DNA of 64,000 bases from Promethearchaeota archaeon (GCA_016839915.1 JAEOTH010000028.1:15433-79432); one strand, 5' to 3'. Numbered from the stretch's first letter, positions 9,511-19,315 are shown. A program made the numbers and translations. The notes: generated from the letters alone by a model not told the origin.

Positions 9511-10107
9511 TTATGAATTTAATTGCTGAATGAAATCATCTCTAGTAATTCCAGTTCTTCTCAAGATTTTCAATGTTAAAAATCCCAAAACACAACCGGT
9601 AAGACTGCTTGCCCCAAATAAACCCCAAAAAAACATTAATCCTTCAAAGGATACAATTCCTTGGACTGGAGTTATAATTTCTGCGATAGTACCTGCAATA
9701 AATATTGTTCCTAAAGGTTCTGCTAGAGCAGCTAAATCAACATATTTTGGTTTATATTTCCATAAAAAATAAGCCGTAATTGATACTACTATCGCTCCGG
9801 ATAAGTGCCCATGGAAGGCGTGAATTGTCCCTAACGCAAGAGAAAATCGGATAATTGCAATTCCTAAAGCAGTAGTTGTTGAGAACGCCAATCCTATCAG
9901 AACTCCTGTTATGGCATTAATAAAATGAGCAAAGGGAAAGATTTTTGCACCAATTAGAGGTATAAAGGCAAAGGGATTAATATGTCCTAATACAATACCG
10001 ATTCCCGCGAAAATTGCAGCAGTAGCGATTTTTCGTGTTATACTTATTTTAAAAATCCGTTTTTCTCCATTCCTTTCATTTAAATTTTCAGACTTAGTTT
10101 CTGCCAT
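9511..10107 (-). CDS. ThiW-like / ECF-type substrate-capture membrane protein
   Basis: Five to six hydrophobic spans, KIFPFAHFINAITGVLIGLAF and LGTIHAFHGHLSGAIV resemble ThiW family. Confidence 0.5.
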   Translation of the reverse strand: MAETKSENLNERNGEKRIFKISITRKIATAAIFAGIGIVLGHINPFAFIPLIGAKIFPFAHFINAITGVLIGLAFSTTTALGIAIIRFSLALGTIHAFHGHLSGAIVVSITAYFLWKYKPKYVDLAALAEPLGTIFIAGTIAEIITPVQGIVSFEGLMFFWGLFGASSLTGCVLGFLTLKILRRTGITRDDFIQQLNS

Positions 10108-10234
10108 CTATTATCAATCGTTCAAATAAGCAATCAGTTTACAATAATCTAAATAATAAATTTCTTTAAAGTTTAATCATATTTTGAATTAATAAACTAT
10201 TAATCTTCATAATTCTAATATTGAGAGAAATAAG

Positions 10235-10906
10235 ATGAAGCTTGGAGATCGTATAATTGATCCAACAAAAATAATCTGTTTGGGACGAAATTATTTAGAT
10301 CATGCAAAGGAGATGAAAGCCGAAGTACCTAAGAATCCAGTATTTTTTGTAAAGACTCTTAATACGCTAGTGACGAATGGAAATCCAATAGTTTACCCCA
10401 AGCTCCTGTACAGTACTCAAGAATATAATCGAGTAGATCATGAAGTGGAATTAGCTTTCATTGTCTCTCAGATTTGTAAAAATATTCAACCGGAGGAGGC
10501 TTACCAATATATCGAAGGTTATACTATTTTTCTTGATATAACTGCAAGGAAAATGCAGATCAGTGATCGAAATACTAAGTTACCATGGTATAGAAGTAAA
10601 AATTTCGATACTTTTGGACCTATAGGCCCAAAGATAGCTCCTTGTAGTGAGATAAATGATCCTCATAATCTGAATCTACAACTAAAATTAAATGGAGAAA
10701 TACGTCAACAATCAAATACAAAATATATGATATTCAAAGTTCCAGAAATTTTAACTTTTCTTTCCAGGTTTATCACTTTAGTTCCTGGAGATATCGTAGC
10801 AACTGGGACCCCAAGCGGAGTAAGCCCAATCCAACCGGGAGATATTATTGAAGCATCAATTGATCAAATTGGAACGATCACACATAAAGTTATTTTGGGA
10901 GAATGA
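10235..10906 (+). CDS. fumarylacetoacetate hydrolase (FAH) family protein
   Basis: KIICLGRNYLDHAKEM, PVFFVKT, DHEVELAFIV, PGDIVATGTPSGV. Confidence 0.85.
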   Translation: MKLGDRIIDPTKIICLGRNYLDHAKEMKAEVPKNPVFFVKTLNTLVTNGNPIVYPKLLYSTQEYNRVDHEVELAFIVSQICKNIQPEEAYQYIEGYTIFLDITARKMQISDRNTKLPWYRSKNFDTFGPIGPKIAPCSEINDPHNLNLQLKLNGEIRQQSNTKYMIFKVPEILTFLSRFITLVPGDIVATGTPSGVSPIQPGDIIEASIDQIGTITHKVILGE

Positions 10907-11017
10907 AGGTAAGGGTTAATTATTCAGGTTAACCAGAATTAAAATTTATTTTTCTTTATCAGAATCTATTTAAACAAGTATTTTTATTATTTTCAGTAGT
11001 AGAACATTGGATGTAGA

Positions 11018-12160
11018 ATGCCGAAAAAAGTATTAATAGCTTCTGAATCAGCTTATCGTAGGAATTTATTATCTGAAATGCTTTCTTCACATAATAAAAT
11101 AATTATAGCTGATATTGCGCGAAATGGACAAGAAGTAATCAATATCATAGGAACTAAAGAACTTGATGTGTTAATTCTCGATATTGAGTATGAAAACAAA
11201 GAATGGTTAAAACCATTTAATCTTTTAATAGACCAATTCAATATTCCAACTATTGTGTTAACAGATATAAATCCAAAAAACGTAAGTTCCTTTGAAGTAC
11301 CAGTAATCCAAAAATCTTATGATTATATTGTTAAACCTAGTGGCATATGGAAAGATGTACTCCCAACAATCAAAGAAAATCTAATTTCTAAAATTAGAAT
11401 GACAGATATGTCTAAAAAACAGAAAATTGACAGTAAATCGAGATTATTAAAGAAGGATTCTTTTATTCAAGAAAGTCAGAAATTGAGAGTAACACATGAA
11501 CTTCAATTAAATAAGAATATCGAATCATCTTTAGAGGATAGAGCTGAAGAGTTCTTTTTAGAGATATCACCTGTTAAGATAACAAGATTACCTACACGAA
11601 TTGTTGTTATTGGTGCGAGTGTAGGTGGTCCTAGAACATTAAGAACTATTCTAAGTGAAATTCCTCCCAATTTTTCAGCACCAATTTTAATTGTCCAACA
11701 TTTAAATCATCTTTTCATGCGTCAATTTGTGATGGCATTAAAGGAGATTTGTAAAGTAAATGTAAAAATAGGTGTAAATTACGAAGAAATCAATCCAGGG
11801 ACTATTTATTTTTCACCAGGAGATAAACATATGCAAGTTACAGTAAAAAATAAAAAACCTTGCATTCGAACATTTGAAGGAGAACCAGTCAATTTTTGTA
11901 GACCTTCTGTTGATGTGTTGTTTTACTCCACAGCACGAGTATATAAGGATAAAACTCTTGGTATTTTATTAACAGGGATGGGATCTGATGGAGCTTCAGG
12001 TTTAATGGCAATTAAACAAGAAGGTGGTAAGACTATTGCTGAATCTGAAGAAACGAGTATATTGTATGGAATGCCCAAAGTCGCTGCTGAAACTGGTGCA
12101 GCAAACCTAATAATACCTAGTTATAAAATTGTAAATGAAATAATTAAATTCGTAAGTTAA
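11018..12160 (+). CDS. cheB: chemotaxis response regulator protein-glutamate methylesterase
   Basis: N-terminal receiver (VLILDIEY), C-terminal VVIGASVGGPRTL, ILIVQHL, GMGSDGASG. Confidence 0.8.
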   Translation: MPKKVLIASESAYRRNLLSEMLSSHNKIIIADIARNGQEVINIIGTKELDVLILDIEYENKEWLKPFNLLIDQFNIPTIVLTDINPKNVSSFEVPVIQKSYDYIVKPSGIWKDVLPTIKENLISKIRMTDMSKKQKIDSKSRLLKKDSFIQESQKLRVTHELQLNKNIESSLEDRAEEFFLEISPVKITRLPTRIVVIGASVGGPRTLRTILSEIPPNFSAPILIVQHLNHLFMRQFVMALKEICKVNVKIGVNYEEINPGTIYFSPGDKHMQVTVKNKKPCIRTFEGEPVNFCRPSVDVLFYSTARVYKDKTLGILLTGMGSDGASGLMAIKQEGGKTIAESEETSILYGMPKVAAETGAANLIIPSYKIVNEIIKFVS

Positions 12161-12192
12161 AATTTATTAATAAACACTAATAAATTACTATA

Positions 12193-12378
12193 ATGAACTT
12201 GCAAGTGAGTGAAGAAGTTAAGAAAGAAATTTTTCAATTGATAGCAACTCCTGGAATTGAAATAGAAGATATTATGAAAAAAACCAAATTAGATTCAGAT
12301 ACGATCATAAATATATTGTCTGAAGAATATATGAAATGTGATTTAAACCATGGACGTAGAATATGTTGTAGATTTTAA
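12193..12378 (+). CDS. hypothetical small protein
   Basis: 61-aa ORF only. Confidence 0.25.
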   Translation: MNLQVSEEVKKEIFQLIATPGIEIEDIMKKTKLDSDTIINILSEEYMKCDLNHGRRICCRF

Positions 12379-12587
12379 TTTATTCTGATTTTAACAAAAT
12401 TTTTTAATATTACTTAATTCTAAAACTCACTAAGTTTAAAAAAATTATTCTAAGAAACTTAGAACGCAAATTAAAGCGGTTTCAATATATTCAAAGATAT
12501 TGGAAAGAAATTTTGTAATAATTTCGCGTTCATACTTTTTTAGATATTTTTTTAACAGAGATTTTTAAGCATAAACGGTGAGATTAT

Positions 12588-13155
12588 GTGAGTGAAAAAG
12601 GAAAAATAATTGTTAAGGCTCTTGTGACTGGTGGGAGTGTATAACTTTAATGATCGTTTCGATTAGACCCCAAATGCATCAGGAGGGCCGCCTATTACAT
12701 AAAGCATATCGCTTTTGTCAAATTATGGTAAAGGCCCCTCCGTAGGACCCACAGGTATAAATATTAAAGACGTAGTAGATGAAATCAACAAGCAGACGCA
12801 GGTGTTTAGGGGACTAACAGTTCCAGTCAGAATTGAATGTGATCCCGAAACAAAAGAATTTGAAATTTTTATTGAAACCCCTTCTACAGCTTCACTACTA
12901 TTAAAAGAAGTTGGTACTGAAAAAGGGAGTTCAATTGCTTCAGAACAAAAAATTGGAAATTTAACTCTTGATCAAATTCAAAACGTAGTTGATCAAAAAC
13001 GAGAAAAATTCTTGGAGAAAACATATAAAGCATCAGTAAAAACAGTGTTAGGCACAGCTTTATCAGTAGGACTAACCGTAGAAGGAGAAGATCCAAGGAT
13101 CATCCAGAAACGAATTGATAATGGAGATTATGATGATAAAATCAGGGGTGAATAA
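12588..13155 (+). CDS. rpl11: 50S ribosomal protein L11 (uL11), interrupted by two short introns (exons about 12588..12637, 12675..12695, 12732..13155)
   Basis: GTG 6 nt after GGTGA. Spliced product [44 protein letters not shown].. is colinear with the archaeal L11 N-terminus; ORF track only shows truncated 12715..13155. Confidence 0.8.
12638..12674 (+). other. putative BHB intron 1 of rpl11, 37 nt
   Basis: Central helix TGGG(12632-12635)/CCCA(12669-12672) perfect, bulges AGT and AAT; contains in-frame TAA; removal shifts frame by +1 as required. Confidence 0.75.
12696..12731 (+). other. putative intron 2 of rpl11 (33-39 nt, boundaries uncertain)
   Basis: In-frame TAA at 12700-12702 between GGPPI and [11 protein letters not shown]; inner hairpin AAAGC-ATATC-GCTTT; several alternative BHB-like registers. 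Confidence 0.45.
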
Positions 13156-13161
13156 TAAAAT

Positions 13162-13890
13162 TTGAAAGTTGATGATAAATTATTGAAAAGATCTTTAAAT
13201 GCAGCTATTGATTTTTCAGTAATTAAAAAGGACGGGTTTAAAGATAAAGTAAGAAAATTTGATGAATCCATTGATGTTATCATTAATATTAAGGATATTA
13301 ATTTAAATGATCCAAAAAACAGAATAGATAAAGAAATTATCTTATCAAACGATATAATTGTGAATGATAACCCAAATATTTGCGTAATTGCATCAGACGA
13401 GATATTGCAAGAAGCAAAAAAGCTCGGGGTTGATACTATTGATTCAGATGGATTGGTTAAATTAAATAACGAAGAGAAGAAATACAAGAAAAAATTTGCC
13501 AAAAAATATGAGTACTTTGTTGTCGAAGATAAAATGATGAGAGATGTAGCTCGATATTTAGCAAGATTTCTTGGCCCAGTTGGTAAAATGCCAAAACCCT
13601 TCCCTACAGGATATGGAATAATTTCAAGTTCAGAAGAATTAAAAGTAGCTTATGAAAGATATAAAAGAATTATAAGAATTCAAATGAAAAAGCAGCCTAT
13701 AATTTTCGCTAAAATAGGTAAAAAATCTATGGATGTTGAGAAATTATATGAAAATATGAAAACTGTTGTGAATTTTATTGGCGATCAAATGCCTCATAGG
13801 TTTAACAATTTTAGATCAATGTATCTAAAATCTACGATGGGAAAACCAATAAAAGTAACAGAAGAATTTCTAAAAAGTATAGAGGTGTGA
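13162..13890 (+). CDS. rpl1: 50S ribosomal protein L1 (uL1)
   Basis: Position after L11; ..ARFLGPVGKMPKP.. motif; TTG start. Confidence 0.9.
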   Translation: MKVDDKLLKRSLNAAIDFSVIKKDGFKDKVRKFDESIDVIINIKDINLNDPKNRIDKEIILSNDIIVNDNPNICVIASDEILQEAKKLGVDTIDSDGLVKLNNEEKKYKKKFAKKYEYFVVEDKMMRDVARYLARFLGPVGKMPKPFPTGYGIISSSEELKVAYERYKRIIRIQMKKQPIIFAKIGKKSMDVEKLYENMKTVVNFIGDQMPHRFNNFRSMYLKSTMGKPIKVTEEFLKSIEV

Positions 13891-13894
13891 GGTA

Positions 13895-14794
13895 ATGATT
13901 AAAGATAAACATATACCGCAATGGAAAATAGAAGAAGTAAATCATCTAGTTGATTTATTCAGAAACTATAAAAGTGTTGCTGTGATTGATGTTGCCCGTA
14001 TTAATGATATGCAGATTCAGACTATGCGAAAAATTTTGAGAGAGAATGCAGTATTTAGAATGTCCAAAAGATCCTTACAACTACGTGCTATAGAAGCATA
14101 TAAAAATGAATCCAAAAAGAAAAATTTAAATGAATTAGCAGAACAAATCCCGGGTCAATCAAGTTTAGTTTTTACTAATCTTGACTTATTCGAATTAAAG
14201 AAAATCTTTCTAGAAAATGAGTGGATGGTCCCTGCAAAACCTAATGAAATTACACCTGTAGATATTTGGGTACCAGCTGGAGACACAGGTTTGCCAACAG
14301 GACAAGTTATTAGTGAATTGAATATGACTTTACGATTACCAACAAGAATTATGAATGATACTATACATGTTCGAGAAGATACTAGAACTCATAAAGCTGG
14401 TGATTTAGTTAATGTTAAACAAGCTGCAGTTTTGAAAAAATTAGGAATAGCACCAATAGAATCCTTGATTAAGATTCACTTTGCTTGGAGCGATGGAGAA
14501 ATTATACCTGAAGAAATATTGTATATGAATTTAGACCAATTTAAGCAAAATGTTGTTCTGGCTTATAGAGAAGCCCTTGAAATTTTATTCGAAATGCCCT
14601 TTTTCTTAGAAGATTTGATGGAGGATTATATTAGAAAAGCAGCCTCTGAAGCCAACATTTTAAATACTACCATTTTTGGAGAAGGAATCAAAGCTCCGAA
14701 ACAACTAAAAAAACCTAAAGTCAAAGAGAAAGAACTAGAAGAGAAAGAAGAAGAAGAAGAAGAAGAAGTAGGTATTGGTGGATTATTTGGATAA
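13895..14794 (+). CDS. rplP0: 50S ribosomal protein L10/P0 (uL10)
   Basis: Acidic tail ..EEKEEEEEEEVGIGGLFG, position between L1 and P1. Confidence 0.9.
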   Translation: MIKDKHIPQWKIEEVNHLVDLFRNYKSVAVIDVARINDMQIQTMRKILRENAVFRMSKRSLQLRAIEAYKNESKKKNLNELAEQIPGQSSLVFTNLDLFELKKIFLENEWMVPAKPNEITPVDIWVPAGDTGLPTGQVISELNMTLRLPTRIMNDTIHVREDTRTHKAGDLVNVKQAAVLKKLGIAPIESLIKIHFAWSDGEIIPEEILYMNLDQFKQNVVLAYREALEILFEMPFFLEDLMEDYIRKAASEANILNTTIFGEGIKAPKQLKKPKVKEKELEEKEEEEEEEVGIGGLFG

Positions 14795-14869
14795 AAAATA
14801 AGATTTTTTTAAATAACAATTAAAATTACAAATATAATGATAAAAAAATAAAAAAAGAGGTTAGATAAC

Positions 14870-15160
14870 ATGCAAAGTATTTATGCAGCTTTATTACTTC
14901 ATAAAGCTGGAGGTAAAATTACCGAAGCAAATGTAGAAAAGGTATTAACTGCCGCAGGTGCAAAAGTTGATAAAACAGAAATTACTAAACTTATCGCTGG
15001 CTTAAAAGCTACAAAAATTGAGGACATTATTAAATCAGCTAGCACTTTACCAGTTGCAGTTACTCCAACAGGAGCCCCTGTAGAAAAGAAAAAAGTAGAA
15101 AAGAAAAAGAAAGAAGAACCCGTGGAGGAGGAACCTACAGGTATCGGAAGTCTGTTTTGA
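14870..15160 (+). CDS. rpl12: 50S ribosomal stalk protein P1 (L12)
   Basis: MQSIYAALLLHKAGGKITE.. and C-terminal EEEPTGIGSLF. Confidence 0.9.
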   Translation: MQSIYAALLLHKAGGKITEANVEKVLTAAGAKVDKTEITKLIAGLKATKIEDIIKSASTLPVAVTPTGAPVEKKKVEKKKKEEPVEEEPTGIGSLF

Positions 15161-15466
15161 GTCGCAATGATATCTAAAATAGGTAATCTGGCTGAATTAA
15201 TGAATGGATAAAATAGAAGAAAAATTATAATGATAGTATTAATCATTCTAGTTTCAGGTTTCAATTATAAAAATATATAAATTTTTTTATTTCCTTTTTT
15301 TGTTTTATATAACCAATCGAAACATTATCATATCAACAAACTTTTCAAATCGCAAACTTTTTTTAAAATTCAATTTTTTTTTAAATTACATTTCAGTTTT
15401 TAATATCTGAAATTATTTCAAAAAAATATAAAATAAAGTAGTAGAAAAGACTAAGATTATTGATTA

Positions 15467-16969
15467 ATGATGACTGGAAAGTTTCTTAAATTTTTCTCTC
15501 CGTTTGTAAAGGCAATGCCAGAACTAAAACAGCCACAACGTGAAGTCACCTTTAAAGAGAAATTTATTTGGACAGCACTGGTCTTAATTATTTACTTGAT
15601 TATGAGTAATATTCCCTTATATGGAATAAATACCTCAGAATCAACTGACTATTTTTACTGGTTAAGAGTTATTCTTGCTAGTCAAAGAGGAATGTTAACT
15701 GAACTAGGTATAGGCCCAATAGTCACATCTGGTCTTATTATGCAATTACTTCTAGGTGCAAGAATTATCAATGTAAATATGGCCGATCCTTACGATAGAG
15801 CAATGTTTAGTGGAGCTCAAAAAGTGCTCGCAATATTTTTAACAATCTTCAATGGTATTGCTTATATTATGGGAGGCGCATTTGGAAGTGTAGCTGAATT
15901 AGGTATTGCAAATATATTTTTCATTTTCTTTCAATTATTGTTTGCCGGAATAATTATCATATTATTAGATGAACTCCTCCAAAAGGGTTGGGGCCTTGGA
16001 AGTGGAGTTTCCTTATTCATAGCTGCAGGTGTTGCAGGTCAGATTTTTTGGAATGCTTTCAGTTTTATTCCAACTCCTTCTGTCGCCGATGGGGGAGACG
16101 GTCTACCTAGAGGAATTATCATTGCTATTTTTACTGCTTTATTTGATAACGATCCTAATACAACACTAGGGACAATATTTTTGCGGCAAGGTAACTACCC
16201 CTCATTATTAGGAATTATAACAACTATAGGAATCCTTTTTGTGGTAGTCTGGTTCGAATCTACGCGAGTTGAGATACCACTTGCATATCGAGGAAGTCGC
16301 GGCTTTAAAAGTAAATATCCAATGAAATTACTTTATGTTTCCAATATTCCTGTAATTTTGGTTAATGCCTTGTATGCAAATGTGCTATTCTTTGGGCAAT
16401 TAATTGCGGGACCTGGTTCTACATTGCGTGTTACTAACGGTGGACTTATTCCGGATTTTTGGATTGATCTTATTGGAAAATTTAGGGTAGAAACAGGAAC
16501 AGGTCCTGTGTCAGGTACTCAGCTTGTTCCAATAGGTGGTTTGGTTTATTTACTTACTCCACCATTAGGACTTGATGAATTAGTAGCAAGTCCTCTTAGA
16601 GCGATTATTTATTTAGTAATATTTATATTTCTTTGTGTGATGCTCGGCCGTGTCTGGGTCGAAGTCAGTGGCTTAGCGCCCCGCGACATATCCCAACAGA
16701 TAATTGACTCAAAAATGCAAGTTCCTGGATTTCGTAGTTCTAGAAAAGTAATAGAGAAAATTCTTAAACGCTATATCCCGACATTGGTAATCTTAAATGG
16801 TATCATAATTGCAGTGATGAGTTTCACAGCAGATACATTGGGGGCATTAAGTTCTGGAACAGGATTATTGATTGCAATAGGCATAATCCACCAATATGGG
16901 GAAACTATCGCTAAAGAATTAGCTGCGAGTCAGTATCCTGGGATGAGAGCAATGCTTGGAATGGATTGA
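15467..16969 (+). CDS. secY: preprotein translocase subunit SecY
   Basis: 10-TM pattern, ..SNIPLYGI.., ILASQRGMLTELGIGPIVTSGLIMQLL. Confidence 0.9.
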   Translation: MMTGKFLKFFSPFVKAMPELKQPQREVTFKEKFIWTALVLIIYLIMSNIPLYGINTSESTDYFYWLRVILASQRGMLTELGIGPIVTSGLIMQLLLGARIINVNMADPYDRAMFSGAQKVLAIFLTIFNGIAYIMGGAFGSVAELGIANIFFIFFQLLFAGIIIILLDELLQKGWGLGSGVSLFIAAGVAGQIFWNAFSFIPTPSVADGGDGLPRGIIIAIFTALFDNDPNTTLGTIFLRQGNYPSLLGIITTIGILFVVVWFESTRVEIPLAYRGSRGFKSKYPMKLLYVSNIPVILVNALYANVLFFGQLIAGPGSTLRVTNGGLIPDFWIDLIGKFRVETGTGPVSGTQLVPIGGLVYLLTPPLGLDELVASPLRAIIYLVIFIFLCVMLGRVWVEVSGLAPRDISQQIIDSKMQVPGFRSSRKVIEKILKRYIPTLVILNGIIIAVMSFTADTLGALSSGTGLLIAIGIIHQYGETIAKELAASQYPGMRAMLGMD

Positions 16970-17107
16970 CATTTTTTGAGCGCCTTCCAAATAAAAATAT
17001 ACTGTTAAAATTTCTCAAATTATAAATAGAGACATAAATATCGATTGTTATCAAGAAAATTATCATATGAAAACTTTATAATAATTTCAATATAAATAAA
17101 TATAGAG

Positions 17108-17710
17108 ATGTGGTTATTAATATTTCAGAATCCCTTTTTAGATCTCATTAGCAACCCTCCTGGTTCAATGTTATTTGTTTTAATTTTAGCAATAACGACT
17201 GCTTTAATTAGTACATTATTAACAAAATTATTAGTTGACACTGAAGAGATAAATCGCAAACAGAAGCAAATTAAAGCTCATGAAGAAGAGAAGGAAAAAA
17301 TAATTGAATTAGCAGAGATCGATCCTGAGCGCTATAAAAAGGCTCGAAAAAGATGGGAACGCAAACAAGCAATGTATAAACAAACTCAACAAAGAATGTC
17401 TCTTCAGAGAATGAAACCAACTTGTATAACATTTCTTCCAATGATTATTATATTTGGAATTATAAATACGTTTTTAGGGGGCAAACCTGTAGCATTATCT
17501 CCAATGAATGCTAACGATGTTCCTTTAATCGGTGCGTTTATCGCAGTAGGTAAAGTATGGATAAATTTTACTGCTTGGTATTTCCTATGCTCTTTAGGAA
17601 TTAATACACTTGTCCAAAGGCTACTTAAAATACAAACTCAAGCTTCAGGCGGTATGGGAGGAATGTTTGCTGGGCAAAAAGCAAAAGCTTTAGAATTCCC
17701 AGACGCATAA
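17108..17710 (+). CDS. DUF106 / EMC3-TMCO1-YidC-like membrane protein
   Basis: TM, K/E-rich coiled coil, two TMs; conserved archaeal position next to secY. Confidence 0.55.
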   Translation: MWLLIFQNPFLDLISNPPGSMLFVLILAITTALISTLLTKLLVDTEEINRKQKQIKAHEEEKEKIIELAEIDPERYKKARKRWERKQAMYKQTQQRMSLQRMKPTCITFLPMIIIFGIINTFLGGKPVALSPMNANDVPLIGAFIAVGKVWINFTAWYFLCSLGINTLVQRLLKIQTQASGGMGGMFAGQKAKALEFPDA

Positions 17711-17731
17711 GATGATTGTTGTATAAAAAAA

Positions 17732-17864
17732 TGCGCAACGGGAGGGATTTATTCCCATAAGAAGTAATTTCTTATAATTTGAACCCCCGAGTGCATTCAC
17801 ACACTGGCTTTCTGGGTGATTTACCACTCCAAGCCAGCGCCGTACCGGGCTAGGCAACCGTTGC
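17732..17864 (-). tRNA. tRNA-Ser (GGA) with two BHB introns
   Basis: Acceptor GCAACGG/CCGTTGC, discriminator G, anticodon stem CTGGC/GCCAG, mature loop TTGGAGA, long variable arm, T arm GGGGG-TTCAAAT-CCCTC. 17-nt intron at 37/38 (17810-17826; helix TTGG/CCAG) and 30-nt intron in T loop (17749-17778; helix GTTC/GAAT); mature 84 nt. Confidence 0.8.
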
Positions 17865-17922
17865 ATTTTTTACAAAAAATAATACAAAGTTAAATGATTA
17901 TTTAATATTTAATTCAATTAGT

Positions 17923-18210
17923 TTATTTTATTGGGATAGATACAGGTTCTTTCATCTTTTTTTCTAATTTTGCTTTTTTAATTGCAGCTTCTACTTGTTC
18001 ATGTGGAGCTCCCTTTTTAATTTCAATAACCTCTGGAGTAGGTTCAATATGATTAAAATTTGCTCTTCTTCTTCGGACTTTTAACCCATCAATTAGTAAG
18101 TAGTTTTTATCGATTACATCAACAATAACACAATAATGTCCTGCTTCTCTTCCCATTGTTTTTACACATAATCTTCCAATATCATATACGCTCATATAAT
18201 TTGTCACCAA
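17923..18210 (-). CDS. rpl14e: 50S ribosomal protein L14e
   Basis: IGRLCVKTMGREAGHYCVIVDVID..VRRRRANFNHIEPT. Confidence 0.85.
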   Translation of the reverse strand: MVTNYMSVYDIGRLCVKTMGREAGHYCVIVDVIDKNYLLIDGLKVRRRRANFNHIEPTPEVIEIKKGAPHEQVEAAIKKAKLEKKMKEPVSIPIK

Positions 18211-18335
18211 ATTATTACATTTTATATCTTTATTACTGGTGATTTTAAATAGCCAGTAAAGTTAAGTTGTTTTTAGTAATTTTAAAAATAAAAATAAGAA
18301 TAAAATTTTTTCGATTTATAGAGTGAAAAAGCTTT

Positions 18336-18869
18336 TCATAGTTGTTCAATAGCAGTAAGTATTTTTTCTAAAATTTCTTCAATTGAGAGGGTTTCAGTAT
18401 TTATTACTAGATCATACAATAAGGTCACTTCTTCTGCATCATTTAAATCGATTTGATAAAGGCGTTTAAACCGCTCTAATTCTGATTTTTCTCTCAATAT
18501 TGTCTCTTCTAATTTTTTTTCATAATTAGTATTATCTCTTTCTGCCATTCTTTTAACTCTGGTTTCTAGGGGACATGTTAACAATATTTTAAGATCTGCT
18601 ATAGATTTGAGAATATATCCACTTATTTGACTATCAATAATTATTTTTCCTTTTTGAGCGATTTCAACTATTTTATTATCCAGTTTTTTATCAATTTCAG
18701 GATTTTCCTCTACAAATTTAGTGAATTCTTCTAATGACATGTTCATTTCTTTTGCTAAATCTCTAAAAGCTTGACCAGTACTATAATATTGGATTTTTAA
18801 TTTTCCAGCAATTAATTTTCCAATTGCAGATTTGCCAGTTCCATGAAGTCCTGAAATAGTTATAATCAT
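18336..18869 (-). CDS. cmk: cytidylate kinase (archaeal type)
   Basis: MIITISGLHGTGKSAIGKLIA, conserved position between L14e and L34e. Confidence 0.85.
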   Translation of the reverse strand: MIITISGLHGTGKSAIGKLIAGKLKIQYYSTGQAFRDLAKEMNMSLEEFTKFVEENPEIDKKLDNKIVEIAQKGKIIIDSQISGYILKSIADLKILLTCPLETRVKRMAERDNTNYEKKLEETILREKSELERFKRLYQIDLNDAEEVTLLYDLVINTETLSIEEILEKILTAIEQL

Positions 18870-18962
18870 GTTATCTGAATATTATAAATTATACTATAAT
18901 TCATTTAAAAAGGAGAATATTTATGATTTTTACTGTTTAGAATAAAAATTAGAACTAATTAT

Positions 18963-19241
18963 CTAAGAGGTCTTTTGGCTCCAAACGGTCTCTTTTATTA
19001 ACTTTTGAAGACATTTTGAGCAGTATCTTCCACTTTCCATCCTATTTGCCCTTCTTGCCGTATTTTGAGTTTTTACCATTTTAGCGGGTCTTAATCTTGG
19101 AACAGATTGAAGAGGTCTTTTACAAATTGCACATTTTGCTCTTGTTGGTTTTTTTCTCCAATAATGACTAACAACACGGTTCCCTGGTGTGCTAAGTTTT
19201 TTTCTTAATTGAGATTTGGATCGTAGACCTGGGCGTGGCAT
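18963..19241 (-). CDS. rpl34e: 50S ribosomal protein L34e
   Basis: MPRPGLRSKSQLRKKLSTPGNR..KCAICKRPLQSVPRLRP. Confidence 0.85.
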   Translation of the reverse strand: MPRPGLRSKSQLRKKLSTPGNRVVSHYWRKKPTRAKCAICKRPLQSVPRLRPAKMVKTQNTARRANRMESGRYCSKCLQKLIKETVWSQKTS

Positions 19242-19315
19242 AATAATTATCTATAATTTTTCGATTTTAGATATGAAAATAAATTGCTAAAAAAATATTA
19301 ATTTTATTATTTTAC

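Noticed and set aside
12884-15264. Antisense ORFs 12884..13096, 13128..13502 and 14899..15264.
   Set aside because: They are low-complexity translations opposite well-supported ribosomal protein genes L11, L1 and P1.
15161-15466. C/D-box-like motifs (AATGATA, CTGA, ATGAATG) between P1 and secY.
   Set aside because: No properly spaced C/D'/C'/D arrangement or terminal stem was found, and such motifs are expected by chance in AT-rich DNA.
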